IMG/VR virus record: IMGVR_UViG_3300017950_000006
Coordinates: 25,994-89,993 of that record
DNA length: 64,000 bases
Reading direction: 5' to 3' (one strand)
Source: a virus
Both the position numbers and the translations under genes were made by a program. Positions 10,871 to 21,047 of the stretch are shown here, piece after piece; positions within the stretch are counted from its first letter, which is position 1, and every line of letters begins with the position of its first letter. Below the pieces are notes generated by a model. That model had not been told where the DNA came from. It did not search any database and saw only the letters and a list, made by a program, of their open reading frames with translations.

Positions 10871-12114
10871 TTAAAACTCTCTATTATTTTTGTAGTTGAA
10901 TTTCCTTCTACTGTTGGAAAAATTTCAACAGGATATTCTTCATGTCCAACTACCGTTTCTATTGTATAGTCTCCGCCCTTAATAATCAAGTCCGGATTGT
11001 ATTTTTTTATTACATTTATAGGAGTGTCCTCATCAAAAATGATAACTTCATCTACCCACGGTAATAATTTTAAATTTATTTGTCTTTGTAACTGATTGTT
11101 AATTGGACGATTTTCGCCTTTTAATCTTTTTGTACTAGAATCACTATTAATGCCAACAACTAAGTATTGTCCTTTAGACTTTGCAAACTTTAGTAATTGA
11201 AAATGCCCTTCGTGTAATATGTCAAACACTCCATTGGTCCATACTAATTTTGATTTTAAATCATCCTTAGTAATAACTACAACTCCTCTACGTTCAACAG
11301 TCCTTGCCGCGGCATAGCAAGCCATCTTACAACATTCAGCAATTGACATATTTCTTTCAATGCCGTATGCAATAACAGATAGTACAGTGTCACCTGCACC
11401 AGTAACATCAGCCACCTCGTGTACCGGTTCTTTAAAATGAAAATAATTTTTATTCTCATCAAGAACATGAATACCATTTGCTCCGTCAGTTACTACTAAA
11501 TTTTTCCAGTTATACTCGTGCATTTTAAGTAATGCAATTTCTTTCCTAAACGTACCAAACCAAGATACATATTCTTTCATATTCGGTTTAACTAAAAAAG
11601 CACCTTTATAAAATTCAGGCTCTTGTTTAGGATCAACTAAAACCTTATCAGTCTTTTTAAGTAATTCTTTTACTGTATTTTTATTAATAGTACCTTTTGC
11701 ATAATCACTAACACAAACAATATCAGATTGTTTAGTATCATTTACTAATCTTTTAAATCCTTCAGTACTATGAAATGTAGTTTCTCTATCCCAACGTAAT
11801 AATTGCTGACCGTTATCACCAACTAGCCTTGTTTTAGTAGTAGTCATTGGTGAATCCATTGTAAGGTTAGAATGTAAATTAGTTACATCAAGTAACTCAA
11901 TAGCCTTGTATCCTTCTTTATCACAGGATAATGCACCATATAAACTAACATCTCCGTTAATAGAAGAAATATTTAATGCTAAGTTACCGGCACCGCCAAT
12001 ACTATATGTTTGTTCTATTTCTTTTAAAATAGGAATAGGCGCTTCAGGACTAATTCTATCAGCATTACCAAAAATCCATCGATCTAGCATTATGTCGCCA
12101 TATACTCTAATCAT
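10867..12114 (-). CDS. hldE: Bifunctional heptose-7-phosphate kinase / heptose-1-phosphate adenylyltransferase
   Basis: GDIMLD, RISPEAP, SDYAKG, DPK, DVTGAGD (PfkB domain), then NGVFDILHEGH, GINSD and KGGDY (cytidylyltransferase-like domain). Confidence 0.9.
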   Translation of the reverse strand: MIRVYGDIMLDRWIFGNADRISPEAPIPILKEIEQTYSIGGAGNLALNISSINGDVSLYGALSCDKEGYKAIELLDVTNLHSNLTMDSPMTTTKTRLVGDNGQQLLRWDRETTFHSTEGFKRLVNDTKQSDIVCVSDYAKGTINKNTVKELLKKTDKVLVDPKQEPEFYKGAFLVKPNMKEYVSWFGTFRKEIALLKMHEYNWKNLVVTDGANGIHVLDENKNYFHFKEPVHEVADVTGAGDTVLSVIAYGIERNMSIAECCKMACYAAARTVERRGVVVITKDDLKSKLVWTNGVFDILHEGHFQLLKFAKSKGQYLVVGINSDSSTKRLKGENRPINNQLQRQINLKLLPWVDEVIIFDEDTPINVIKKYNPDLIIKGGDYTIETVVGHEEYPVEIFPTVEGNSTTKIIESFK

Positions 12115-12117
12115 ATA

Positions 12118-12558
12118 TTAAGTCTCTAATAGGTTTACAACTTGGAATACTGTTTCTAGTTTTGTGATATTTGTTTTATTTTGAAGTGTATTACGTAATC
12201 CTTGGTGTAAAGGTTTTGGCCATTTTCCAAAACTAGCCCAAGCATACCCATCATGTTCGATATTAAGAGTTGGTAAGAATTCTTCTTTAACAACTATAAG
12301 GTATGTATGGAAATTAAACTTTTCGTCTGTGCTTACAAATGTTTCTAGGGGAATGGATTTTATAAACTTAGGTGTAGGACCTATTTCTTCGGAAATTTCT
12401 CTAGTAAGAGCATCAAATGGTGTTTCGCCAGAATTACTTCTACCACCTACTAATCCCCAAACTTGAGATTGTTTACTTTGAGTACGGTGTAAGAATAAAA
12501 AACGTTTTGTGTTAAGGGCATAAAATAATGCACCACTACATGATATCTTCTGGCTCAT
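12118..12558 (-). CDS. NUDIX hydrolase
   Basis: Nudix box GGRSNSGETPFDALTREISEEIG. Confidence 0.85.
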   Translation of the reverse strand: MSQKISCSGALFYALNTKRFLFLHRTQSKQSQVWGLVGGRSNSGETPFDALTREISEEIGPTPKFIKSIPLETFVSTDEKFNFHTYLIVVKEEFLPTLNIEHDGYAWASFGKWPKPLHQGLRNTLQNKTNITKLETVFQVVNLLET

Positions 12559-12570
12559 ATATATAGTTAT

Positions 12571-13989
12571 TTAAAACTGTATACGCCAAGTGCCGTTTCG
12601 ATATTCGCCTTCGAATGATAAAACCCATTCACTGCCAGTCCATTTATATTGGACTCCAGTATTTAAGTTAGTAGTGTATTTGATATTTGTTTCAGTACTT
12701 GAATCAAATAATACTTCCCATTTCGAACCTGTCCATTCAATAATATCATTTTCGCCTGCAATAAGATCAGTGTTATCGGTGTTTTTCCAAGCAACCGGAC
12801 CACTAGCATTACTAGCATCACCGATACTACCTAACAGTAATATTCTTACTCCTGGATTTTTAATATTTGATGGATTATAAGTTTTTGGATCGATAATATA
12901 ATCAATTTTATTTCTATCGCCAGTTGAGCCTGCAATAACCGTGTCACTAGGAATAGTATCACTATCCCAAGTAATTGCTAGTTTAGTATCATCATTAGGA
13001 TTAATTGCAACAGTACCATTAATACTTTGTGATATGTCTTGTCTTGTAAGTTGTAGTTGACTCACACCAGACGTAAATGATCCTGGTAATGAATCTAACA
13101 ATTCAGTCCACGGAGTGGAACCAACTACACCTCTATAAATTAATTGTGCTTCGTTACCCATTACAAGTAAATCATAATTATTATACGCAGTAATAGCAAG
13201 GCCAGCAGTATCTTTTCTAGTAGCAGGTTGATTATTATCCGGCTGTGTAGGTTGTTCTGCAAGTTCGTCATTATATCGTTTAAACTCAGGAGTTGATTCT
13301 CCTAAGTCAATAGTTCCGTTGTCTTCGTTAAAGATGCTCATAATAACACTTGTAATAACTCCAAGTTTTTTAACTTTTGCAGGCGGACTAATATAGATAG
13401 GAGTTGTAAATTGTAAACTTCCAACGTCAATCTCACTTTCAGTACCTGTTGGAATACTTCTACCACTCCAAGTAACACCATCTAGATTTACTACACTTAA
13501 ACTAGTCCAGTCGATATAATTATCAGTTGTTTGAATCTCTAAACTAGGATTAAACAACATTAGGATCTGCTCCATAATTTGTAATTTTTGATCTGTATTA
13601 GTTGACCAAATATCTGCTGTTACTTGTAATGTATAAGGAGTTGGCATTAAACGTTCTACTGTAACATTTTTACCTTGTGTATTTAAATATTCGTTATTAT
13701 CTTCATCATATGCACGTTCACGCAAATGAACCTTGCTTACGTGTGTAGCATCTGCTAATCGATCACGATCTAATTCTAAACCAGTCATATAAACTGCTAT
13801 GCGAGGAGCACTTGGAATTTTATTTTCAGAATTATCTCTAAGGATATGTCCTACTTGTCTAGTAATGTCGCCGTACATAACAGGAATTTGTCTTAAATTC
13901 CCATCGCCATCCTTATAAGAAAAATTACTCATAAGTCTAATCAACTGAGTAATGTATCTTCTTATTTGTCCATCATAAAAATGTTGCAT
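12571..13989 (-). CDS. Tail sheath stabiliser/terminator, T4 gp15-like, with C-terminal extension
   Basis: FYDGQIRRY..Q, IPVMYG, MPTPY.L, QIMEQIL..FNPS motifs; neck-gene context. Confidence 0.7.
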   Translation of the reverse strand: MQHFYDGQIRRYITQLIRLMSNFSYKDGDGNLRQIPVMYGDITRQVGHILRDNSENKIPSAPRIAVYMTGLELDRDRLADATHVSKVHLRERAYDEDNNEYLNTQGKNVTVERLMPTPYTLQVTADIWSTNTDQKLQIMEQILMLFNPSLEIQTTDNYIDWTSLSVVNLDGVTWSGRSIPTGTESEIDVGSLQFTTPIYISPPAKVKKLGVITSVIMSIFNEDNGTIDLGESTPEFKRYNDELAEQPTQPDNNQPATRKDTAGLAITAYNNYDLLVMGNEAQLIYRGVVGSTPWTELLDSLPGSFTSGVSQLQLTRQDISQSINGTVAINPNDDTKLAITWDSDTIPSDTVIAGSTGDRNKIDYIIDPKTYNPSNIKNPGVRILLLGSIGDASNASGPVAWKNTDNTDLIAGENDIIEWTGSKWEVLFDSSTETNIKYTTNLNTGVQYKWTGSEWVLSFEGEYRNGTWRIQF

Positions 13990-15152
13990 TAATTATCTGC
14001 CTTAGGTCTAAGTGCTTGTGAAAGACTTTGTCTTTCTTCTACTTGTTCACCATTAATATCTGATGTTTTAGTATTATTAATAAAGTCTGTCTTATATGTA
14101 TTTCTATCATTAGTATTTGTCATAGTCATACGTACTTGATCTTCCATCTTAACCCATCTTGTTCCATCGAAGCGGAATAAGCGTTTAGGCAAAAAGTCTG
14201 TTCTTAAATAATAGTCACCTTTAGTAGTAGTTAGCGGGAATGATGTTCCAAAACCAAATGCTTCACCGTTAGGCGGAATACCGTCACCGATTAAGTAACC
14301 TTGATATCCTTCTCTTTCTGGTGTTTCGTTTACTCTACTTGCATCAATGTTACCATTAGCAATACTAGCATCAATAAGTGTTTCGTCTGCACCCACAAGT
14401 TCTGGCTTACCTTCTGCATCAACTTGTAATGTATAAAGAGATGTTGTATCATAACCTGACTTAGGTGCATCGGCTTCTGCTTGATCTAATATAGCATTAT
14501 TAATTTGCATTTCTTTTTCGTATGTACTAAGCACATCACGTAATGTATTAGTACTTCCTTCTTCTGCCGGTAAATCAAGTATATCTTTAAACTCTTGAGA
14601 GTCAACTATTTGTTTTAATTTAACTCTATATAAATGTGGATACCAAGTTTGTGTAAATCCTTCTGCGGCCCTGTTTACATCTTCTACAACATAAAAACGT
14701 TTCAATGCTACACTATAATCATTAAGTGCATTTTCGTCTTTTAAGTGAGGTAATTCAAATACGTCACCTGGCATTACTTTTCTGCCTAACGTTTTTACAC
14801 TATAATTGATCGGTATGGTCATAAACAATGTGTCGTTGGTTAAGAATAAACCAAATTGGCTCATATCAAAGTCAACATCTTGTACATTGTAAATACCTCG
14901 AATTACGTAAACATCTGGATCATATTTTCTATCACGGTTTTCCATGAATAACATATCTTGAATGTTAGTTTCTTTTACAGCATCGTAATGAGGCTGTGAC
15001 GGAGTAGCATCTGCTTCGTCTGGGTTTTTAGGGCCTAAATATTTGTGAACAAATACGTCAGTTCCGCCAACAGTAAACATTTCTGTTACTGTTCTGTCTA
15101 GGAACTCGTAATCGTTGCCCTTTTCTGGTTTGTATAAACTTATCCTTGGCAT
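13989..15152 (-). CDS. Neck/head-closure protein, T4 gp14-like
   Basis: SQFGLF and LGRKVMPGDVFELPHL motifs; lies between the gp13-like and gp15-like genes. Confidence 0.6.
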   Translation of the reverse strand: MPRISLYKPEKGNDYEFLDRTVTEMFTVGGTDVFVHKYLGPKNPDEADATPSQPHYDAVKETNIQDMLFMENRDRKYDPDVYVIRGIYNVQDVDFDMSQFGLFLTNDTLFMTIPINYSVKTLGRKVMPGDVFELPHLKDENALNDYSVALKRFYVVEDVNRAAEGFTQTWYPHLYRVKLKQIVDSQEFKDILDLPAEEGSTNTLRDVLSTYEKEMQINNAILDQAEADAPKSGYDTTSLYTLQVDAEGKPELVGADETLIDASIANGNIDASRVNETPEREGYQGYLIGDGIPPNGEAFGFGTSFPLTTTKGDYYLRTDFLPKRLFRFDGTRWVKMEDQVRMTMTNTNDRNTYKTDFINNTKTSDINGEQVEERQSLSQALRPKADN

Positions 15153-15160
15153 AGTAATAG

Positions 15161-15192
15161 TATTTATCGTTAGATAATCGTTCGCATAAATA
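15161..15192. promoter_or_regulatory. Back-to-back divergent late promoters
   Basis: TATTTA at 15161-15166 (minus-strand TAAATA) and TAAATA at 15187-15192, between divergent neck genes. Confidence 0.65.
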
Positions 15193-15211
15193 CTAATGGA
15201 GACTGAAACTT

Positions 15212-15961
15212 ATGGCGACACAAAAACAAGAAATATTTGATTATGTAGCGGCTATGCTAGGAAGTGGCATGGTTGATGTTGAACTAGATCCAGTACATTA
15301 TGAAGTAGGATTGCAAGCGGCATTTGACAAATATCGTCAACGTTCAGATAATTCTGTAGAAGAATCTTATGCATTCTTAACTACTGTAATTGATCAGAAC
15401 GAGTATACTTTAGATCCAAACATTATGGAAGTTCGCCAAATTTTCCGTAGATCAATTGGGTCAAGAACAGGTGGTGGTGATGGCGGAACATTGTTTGAGC
15501 CGTTTAACTTAGCCTATACAAATACATACTTGCTATCTAGTTCAAATATGGGTGGACTAGCAACTTATAATATGTTTGCAAGTTATCAAGAACTTGTAGG
15601 ACGTATGTTTGGATCATTTATTGAATTTAAATGGAACAACACTACTAAAAATCTTACAATTCTTCAACGTCCTAGAGCAGAAGAAGAATTACTTTTATAC
15701 TGTTACAATAAACGACCTGATTCAGAAATATTAAATGACTATCTAGCAAAGCAATGGATTAAAGATTATACACTTGCTAAGTGTAAGTATATGCTAGGTG
15801 AAGCACGTAGTAAATTTGCTACTATTGCTGGTCCACAAGGAGGTTCAACTCTAAATGGCGATGCACTAAAAGCAGAAGCACAGGGCGAAATGGAAAAATT
15901 AGAACAAGATCTAATGACCAATGTTGCCGGCGGCGTTGGCTACGGCTTTACAATTGGCTAG
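15212..15961 (+). CDS. Neck protein, T4 gp13-like
   Basis: LGSGMVDVEL, WIKDYTLA..K..LG..RSKF and GG.TLNG motifs. Confidence 0.8.
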   Translation: MATQKQEIFDYVAAMLGSGMVDVELDPVHYEVGLQAAFDKYRQRSDNSVEESYAFLTTVIDQNEYTLDPNIMEVRQIFRRSIGSRTGGGDGGTLFEPFNLAYTNTYLLSSSNMGGLATYNMFASYQELVGRMFGSFIEFKWNNTTKNLTILQRPRAEEELLLYCYNKRPDSEILNDYLAKQWIKDYTLAKCKYMLGEARSKFATIAGPQGGSTLNGDALKAEAQGEMEKLEQDLMTNVAGGVGYGFTIG

Positions 15962-15968
15962 ATTCAAC

Positions 15969-15997
15969 TTGACATCCTTCACATAAGATTATATACT
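15969..15997 (+). promoter_or_regulatory. Sigma70-type promoter
   Basis: TTGACA-17 nt-TATACT upstream of the dNMP kinase gene. Confidence 0.75.
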
Positions 15998-16022
15998 ATA
16001 TACTTCTAATAAGGAGTTTTAT

Positions 16023-16634
16023 ATGATCATCGGCATTTGCGGTTTAATCGGTTCTGGTAAAGATACAGTTGCCCAATATCTTATTGATAATCACAATTTT
16101 CAAAAAATCTCGTTTGCAGACAAATTAAAAGATTCTGTTGCTGTTATGTTTGATTGGGATAGAGAATTACTTGATGGAAAAACAGATGAATCAAGACAAT
16201 GGCGAGAGACGCAAGACGACTATTGGACTAAAGAAACTGGACGTACAATTACTCCACGCAAAGTGCTTCAAGAATTTGGCACAGAATGTATGCGTAACGG
16301 ATTCTATGATGGAATTTGGGTTAGTTTAACTAAGAAAATACTAATAGATAATAAGAATACAAACTTTGTTATACCTGATGTACGGTTTCCTAACGAAGCA
16401 CTAATGCTTACAAAAATGGGCAGTGAATTATGGCGTGTTCGAAGAGGAGCAGATCCTGTATGGTTTAGAATGTATCAAGATATCGGAGTTGAACCAAAGG
16501 ATGTTCATGCATCTGAATGGGCATGGGCAAATTCAAACTTTACACAAATTATTGATAACAACAGTACACTTGATGATCTTAAAAATCAGGTGAAAGGTCA
16601 CCTTGCTTCCACTTCACACCTTTCCGTTGCATAG
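16023..16634 (+). CDS. Deoxynucleoside monophosphate kinase (T4 gp1-like)
   Basis: GLIGSGKDT P-loop, SFADKLK, TPR..LQ.FGTE, DVRFPNE and H.SE motifs. Confidence 0.9.
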   Translation: MIIGICGLIGSGKDTVAQYLIDNHNFQKISFADKLKDSVAVMFDWDRELLDGKTDESRQWRETQDDYWTKETGRTITPRKVLQEFGTECMRNGFYDGIWVSLTKKILIDNKNTNFVIPDVRFPNEALMLTKMGSELWRVRRGADPVWFRMYQDIGVEPKDVHASEWAWANSNFTQIIDNNSTLDDLKNQVKGHLASTSHLSVA

Positions 16635-16911
16635 CAATTTGACAGTTAGCACAAATAGTTTTTAAATTAGCAGGTCTACAATTTTCTAAGTTTCCGTCTA
16701 TATGATAGACTCTTAATTGTTCTTTATATTCTGCTTTAAACCCGCATTTTTCACATTCGGGTTTTTGTCGATATCCTGATTGATGCCATCGAGGTTTCTT
16801 AGGTGTTCCGTTGCGTAAACATCTATCACATTTAGTTCTATAAAACGTTTTGTTGTGTTTTTTATAATTAACGGCTACAGGCCTCTGTCCACAACTGCAT
16901 AAAGGTCTCAT
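16579..16911 (-). CDS. Zn-binding HNH-like protein
   Basis: Several CxxC pairs plus HIDGN..N...NL..ICANC; TAAATA (minus) at 16916-16921. Confidence 0.6.
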   Translation of the reverse strand: MRPLCSCGQRPVAVNYKKHNKTFYRTKCDRCLRNGTPKKPRWHQSGYRQKPECEKCGFKAEYKEQLRVYHIDGNLENCRPANLKTICANCQIAMQRKGVKWKQGDLSPDF

Positions 16912-17029
16912 ATTGTATTTAGCATACCTTTTTCTGCCCTTTTTCGACGGTAATATAATGTCCTTTTTGAGTGAAACATATAAATACTATTGACAGAACA
17001 AAGTTTAAAGTTCAACAGGAGAACACAAG

Positions 17030-20000
17030 ATGGCAAACTTAGTATCACCAGGAGTATCGGTCAGCGTAATTGACGAAAGTTTTTATACGCCCGCTGAGCC
17101 AGGTACTACCCCAATGATTTTCGTTGCTACTGCACAGGATAAAGCCAATGCAAGTGGCACAGGTACAGCAAGAGGAACTACACAAGCAAATGCAGGTGTA
17201 CCTTTCTTGTTAACATCGCAAAGAGATCTTTCAGAGACTTTTGGCGATCCGTTATTTTATACAGATAACAACAACAATCCAATTCACGGTGGAGAACTTA
17301 ATGAATACGGATTGCAAGCGGCATACTCATACTTAGGCGTAAGTAACAGAGCGTGGGTCGTAAGAGCAGATATTAATCTAGGCGAACTGCAAGCAAGTGC
17401 AACAGCACCAGCGGCTGATCCAGAAGATGGAACACAATGGTTCGACACACAAGTTTCAAAATTTGGTATTTTTGAATGGAATGGTAACTCTGTATCATCT
17501 ACAGGCGGACAAACGTTCACTAACAAAGTACCTACAGTAATTACAGACAATACTAAACTAGTAGGTAATAGCAATACTGGCGTTCCGAAGACTTCTGTTG
17601 GACAGGCGGGCGACTATGTTGTTGTTGCAACAACTACTATAAACAAAGTATACTATAAAGCATCTACAGGTGAATGGGTTAAAGTAGGTTCTGACAATTG
17701 GGTAGCATCTTGGCCCACAGTTGTTGGTACTGTAAGCAATCCAACTTTCACAGGTGACTTTACTATCAATGGTACAACAGTTACTGGTGGTGGAACACTT
17801 GCAGACTTAGTTTTAGACATTAATAACGATGCTACTTTACAAACAGCAGGTATTACTGCTAAAGCAGTTAACAGCAAGTTAGAAATTTATTCAACAGGTG
17901 TAGCAGTTGTTATTGCTGATCCAAACAGCAACATTGTTGCAGGATTAGGTTTAACAGCGGCAACTTACCAAGCACCGAAATTAAGTATTGCTCCGCATAC
18001 AAGCATTCCAGAATACAAGTCAACAGATACTAATCCACGTCCAAGTGGATCTGTTTGGTTTAAGACTACAGATGCTAACCAAGGTGCAAACTTAAATGTT
18101 AAAACATTTAACGCAACAACTGGTTTGTGGGAAAAGAAAGATGTTCCGATTTATGCGAACAACGCTTCTGCACTAGAAAAACTAGATTCAACAGGTGGTG
18201 GCAAGAACTTATCAATTGATACTTACTATGCACAAACTAATGTTGTTGAAGGTAGTGACGCAGAGTTTGATTTTAAAATCTTCAAACGTGCAACGGCTGG
18301 ATCAACAGCAGTTGTATCAAGCATTATTCCTTCAAGTGGTGTTGCGGCAAGCACATATACATTTACAGTGGCTGAAACACTAGTTAATGATGCAGACTTT
18401 ACTACACCAGTAACAGTTAGCATAATTACTACTGGCGCGGCAGGCGACGCTGATGAAATTGCAGGACAAATTAACTCAGCAGGTTTAACAAATGTTATTG
18501 CTTCAGTTGACGCACAGAACAGAGTTGTTATTGAACATACATTAGGCGGTGATATTAGATTTGTTGACACAGACGGATTGCTTAACCTTATTGGTTATGC
18601 ACCTTACGTAAGTGCAACATCTGGTACTGCTAACTTATACTTTGTTCCAGGTACAGACGGTGATACAAATCCAGAACAGTACATGGCATCAAACTGGAGA
18701 GTATTATCATATACTGCAAGTGAAGATGCTCCAAATGCACTAGCATCAGATGGTCAACTATGGTACAATTCAATTGTTGACGAAGTTGATATGCTAATTC
18801 ATAATGGTACTAACTGGGTAGGTTATCAAAATTATCAGTCAGGTAGCATTGATTACGCCGACACTTCACCAGCAGGTCCAATTGTTTCAGCAACTGAGCC
18901 AACACAACAATCAGATGGTTCTGATTTAGTTGAAGGTGATCTTTGGATTTCAACAGCAGACTTAGAAAATTATCCACTAGTTTATCAGTATAACTTTACT
19001 ACTAAAAAGTGGACACTAAGAGATAGTTCAGATCAATCAACTGACAACGGTATTTTATTTGCAGATGCACGTTATAATACAGCAGGTGCAAATAGTGACG
19101 AAGCAGGTGATATTACAGATCTACTAGCAAGCGATTACTTAGATCCAGACGCTCCAGATCCAGCATTATATCCAAAAGGTATGTTGCTTTGGAATTTAAG
19201 ACGTTCAGGATTTAATGTTAAGAAATTTGTACGTAACTACATTGACACTACAGAAGATAACGGACGTGGTAGCGATGATGGTTCTTCAATGGATGCTTAC
19301 TATCCACACAGATGGGTAACTGAAAGTGCTAACCAAGCAGACGGTTCAGGTTCATTTGGTAGAAAAGCACAGCGTAAAGTTATTGTACAATCATTCCAAG
19401 CAATGGTTAATAGCAATGATGACATTAGAGATAATGAATCACGTATCTTTAACTTAATGGCAACACCAGGATATCCAGAACTAATTGGCGAAATGATTTC
19501 ACTAAACTATGACAGAGGCTTAACTGCGTTTGTTGTTGGTGATTCTCCATTCAGACTAAAAAGCGATGGTACTACATTAAACAACTGGGCAACTAACGTT
19601 GCAGGTGCAGTTGAAGATAATGATCAAGGTCTAGTAAGTAATGACGAATACCTAGGTATTTTTTACCCAAGTTTATTCACAAGCGACAATGCAGGAAATA
19701 ACGTAGTTGTTCCAGCATCGCATGGTATACTAAGAACTATTGCACTAAGTGACAATGTTTCTTATCCATGGTTTGCACCAGCAGGAACTAGAAGAGGCGG
19801 CATTACAAATGCTACTTCCGCAGGTTACATTGATGCAGAAGGTGAATTTAAAACTGTTGCACTTAACGAAGGTCAAAGAGATACATTGTACAGCAGTGCA
19901 GTTAATCCGATTACATTCTTAACTGGTTCTGGACTTGTTAACTTTGGTCAAAAGACAAGAGCAAGAAACGCTAGTTCTTTAGATAGAATTAACGTTGCAC

Positions 20001-20299
20001 GTTTAGTAATTTACTTACGTTCACAATTGAACAAACTTGCTAAACCATATATCTTTGAACCTAATGATAAGATCACTAGGGATGAGATTAAACAGCAAGT
20101 TGATAGTTTAATGCTAGAACTTGTAGGACAAAGAGCGTTATATGATTTCCTAGTAGTGTGTGATGAATCAAACAACACACCAAATAGAATTGATCGTAAC
20201 GAGTTATATGTAGATATAGCGATTGAACCAGTAAAAGCAGTAGAATTTATTTACATTCCACTAAGACTTAAAAATACTGGTGAGATAGCGGGCCTATAA
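17030..20299 (+). CDS. Tail sheath protein (gp18-like) with a large insertion
   Basis: LVSPGVSVSVIDES N-terminus; PWFAPAG.RRG, DRINVARL, FEPND..TR, VCDESNNTP and AVEFIYI motifs. TAAATA at 16981. Confidence 0.95.
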   Translation: MANLVSPGVSVSVIDESFYTPAEPGTTPMIFVATAQDKANASGTGTARGTTQANAGVPFLLTSQRDLSETFGDPLFYTDNNNNPIHGGELNEYGLQAAYSYLGVSNRAWVVRADINLGELQASATAPAADPEDGTQWFDTQVSKFGIFEWNGNSVSSTGGQTFTNKVPTVITDNTKLVGNSNTGVPKTSVGQAGDYVVVATTTINKVYYKASTGEWVKVGSDNWVASWPTVVGTVSNPTFTGDFTINGTTVTGGGTLADLVLDINNDATLQTAGITAKAVNSKLEIYSTGVAVVIADPNSNIVAGLGLTAATYQAPKLSIAPHTSIPEYKSTDTNPRPSGSVWFKTTDANQGANLNVKTFNATTGLWEKKDVPIYANNASALEKLDSTGGGKNLSIDTYYAQTNVVEGSDAEFDFKIFKRATAGSTAVVSSIIPSSGVAASTYTFTVAETLVNDADFTTPVTVSIITTGAAGDADEIAGQINSAGLTNVIASVDAQNRVVIEHTLGGDIRFVDTDGLLNLIGYAPYVSATSGTANLYFVPGTDGDTNPEQYMASNWRVLSYTASEDAPNALASDGQLWYNSIVDEVDMLIHNGTNWVGYQNYQSGSIDYADTSPAGPIVSATEPTQQSDGSDLVEGDLWISTADLENYPLVYQYNFTTKKWTLRDSSDQSTDNGILFADARYNTAGANSDEAGDITDLLASDYLDPDAPDPALYPKGMLLWNLRRSGFNVKKFVRNYIDTTEDNGRGSDDGSSMDAYYPHRWVTESANQADGSGSFGRKAQRKVIVQSFQAMVNSNDDIRDNESRIFNLMATPGYPELIGEMISLNYDRGLTAFVVGDSPFRLKSDGTTLNNWATNVAGAVEDNDQGLVSNDEYLGIFYPSLFTSDNAGNNVVVPASHGILRTIALSDNVSYPWFAPAGTRRGGITNATSAGYIDAEGEFKTVALNEGQRDTLYSSAVNPITFLTGSGLVNFGQKTRARNASSLDRINVARLVIYLRSQLNKLAKPYIFEPNDKITRDEIKQQVDSLMLELVGQRALYDFLVVCDESNNTPNRIDRNELYVDIAIEPVKAVEFIYIPLRLKNTGEIAGL

Positions 20300-20331
20300 C
20301 ATGATAAATAATATTAATAGGAGCAAATAAA

Positions 20332-20961
20332 ATGGCAATTTCATCACTCTCAAGATTAACAGTGCCTTTGGATAGTAACGCGAGTTCTTCCGCTCAAGGT
20401 TTGTTAATGCCAAAACTGCAATACCGCTTTAGGGTATCGCTAGAAAACTTTGGTGTAAGTACACCAACTACTGAATTAACCAAACAGGTAGTTGATGTTA
20501 CAAGACCTAACGTTTCATTCGAACAGATTACACTTGATGTATATAACTCACGTGTGTACCTAGCAGGTAAACACACTTGGGAACCAATTACACTTAACTT
20601 ACGTGAAGATGTTTCAAACAATGTTCAGAAACTTGTAGGCGAGCAACTACAGAAGCAATTCGACTTCTTCGAACAGTCGAGTGCGGCTTCAGGCGCGGAT
20701 TACAAATTCGTTACACGTATCGAAATTTTAGATGGTGGTAACGGAGCGAATACGGCAAGTGTGCTAGAGACTTTTGAATTGTACGGTTGTTATCTTGAGA
20801 GTGCAAACTACAACTCATTAGCGTATTCAACTAATGATCCTGTAACTGTTGCACTATCTATTAGATACGATAACGCAATTCAAACACCACAAGGTACTGG
20901 TATTGGTACTGCTGTAGGCAGAACTGTAAATACTCTAGTTACTGGCGGTGGCGCAAGTTAA
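20332..20961 (+). CDS. Tail tube protein (gp19-like)
   Basis: Follows the sheath gene; RFRV, RP.V, YLAGKHTWEPI and YDNA motifs. TAAATA at 20305. Confidence 0.85.
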   Translation: MAISSLSRLTVPLDSNASSSAQGLLMPKLQYRFRVSLENFGVSTPTTELTKQVVDVTRPNVSFEQITLDVYNSRVYLAGKHTWEPITLNLREDVSNNVQKLVGEQLQKQFDFFEQSSAASGADYKFVTRIEILDGGNGANTASVLETFELYGCYLESANYNSLAYSTNDPVTVALSIRYDNAIQTPQGTGIGTAVGRTVNTLVTGGGAS

Positions 20962-20984
20962 TTAAAGTTTTAATTAAAAATATT

Positions 20985-21010
20985 AAAGGCGGCTTTATGT
21001 CGCCTTTTTT
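20985..21010 (+). terminator. Rho-independent terminator
   Basis: AAAGGCGGC-TTTAT-GTCGCCTTT followed by a T-run. Confidence 0.8.
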
Positions 21011-21047
21011 ATTATCTGCGTACTTTTTATATTAGATAAATATTAGT

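Noticed and set aside
15158-15195. Inverted repeat TAGTATTTAT...ATAAATACTA as an operator or hairpin
   Set aside because: Fully explained by two divergent late promoter boxes.
20958-20977. AT-only inverted repeat TTAATTAAAGTTTTAATTAA after the tail tube gene
   Set aside because: Low complexity and expected by chance in AT-rich DNA; the real terminator follows immediately.
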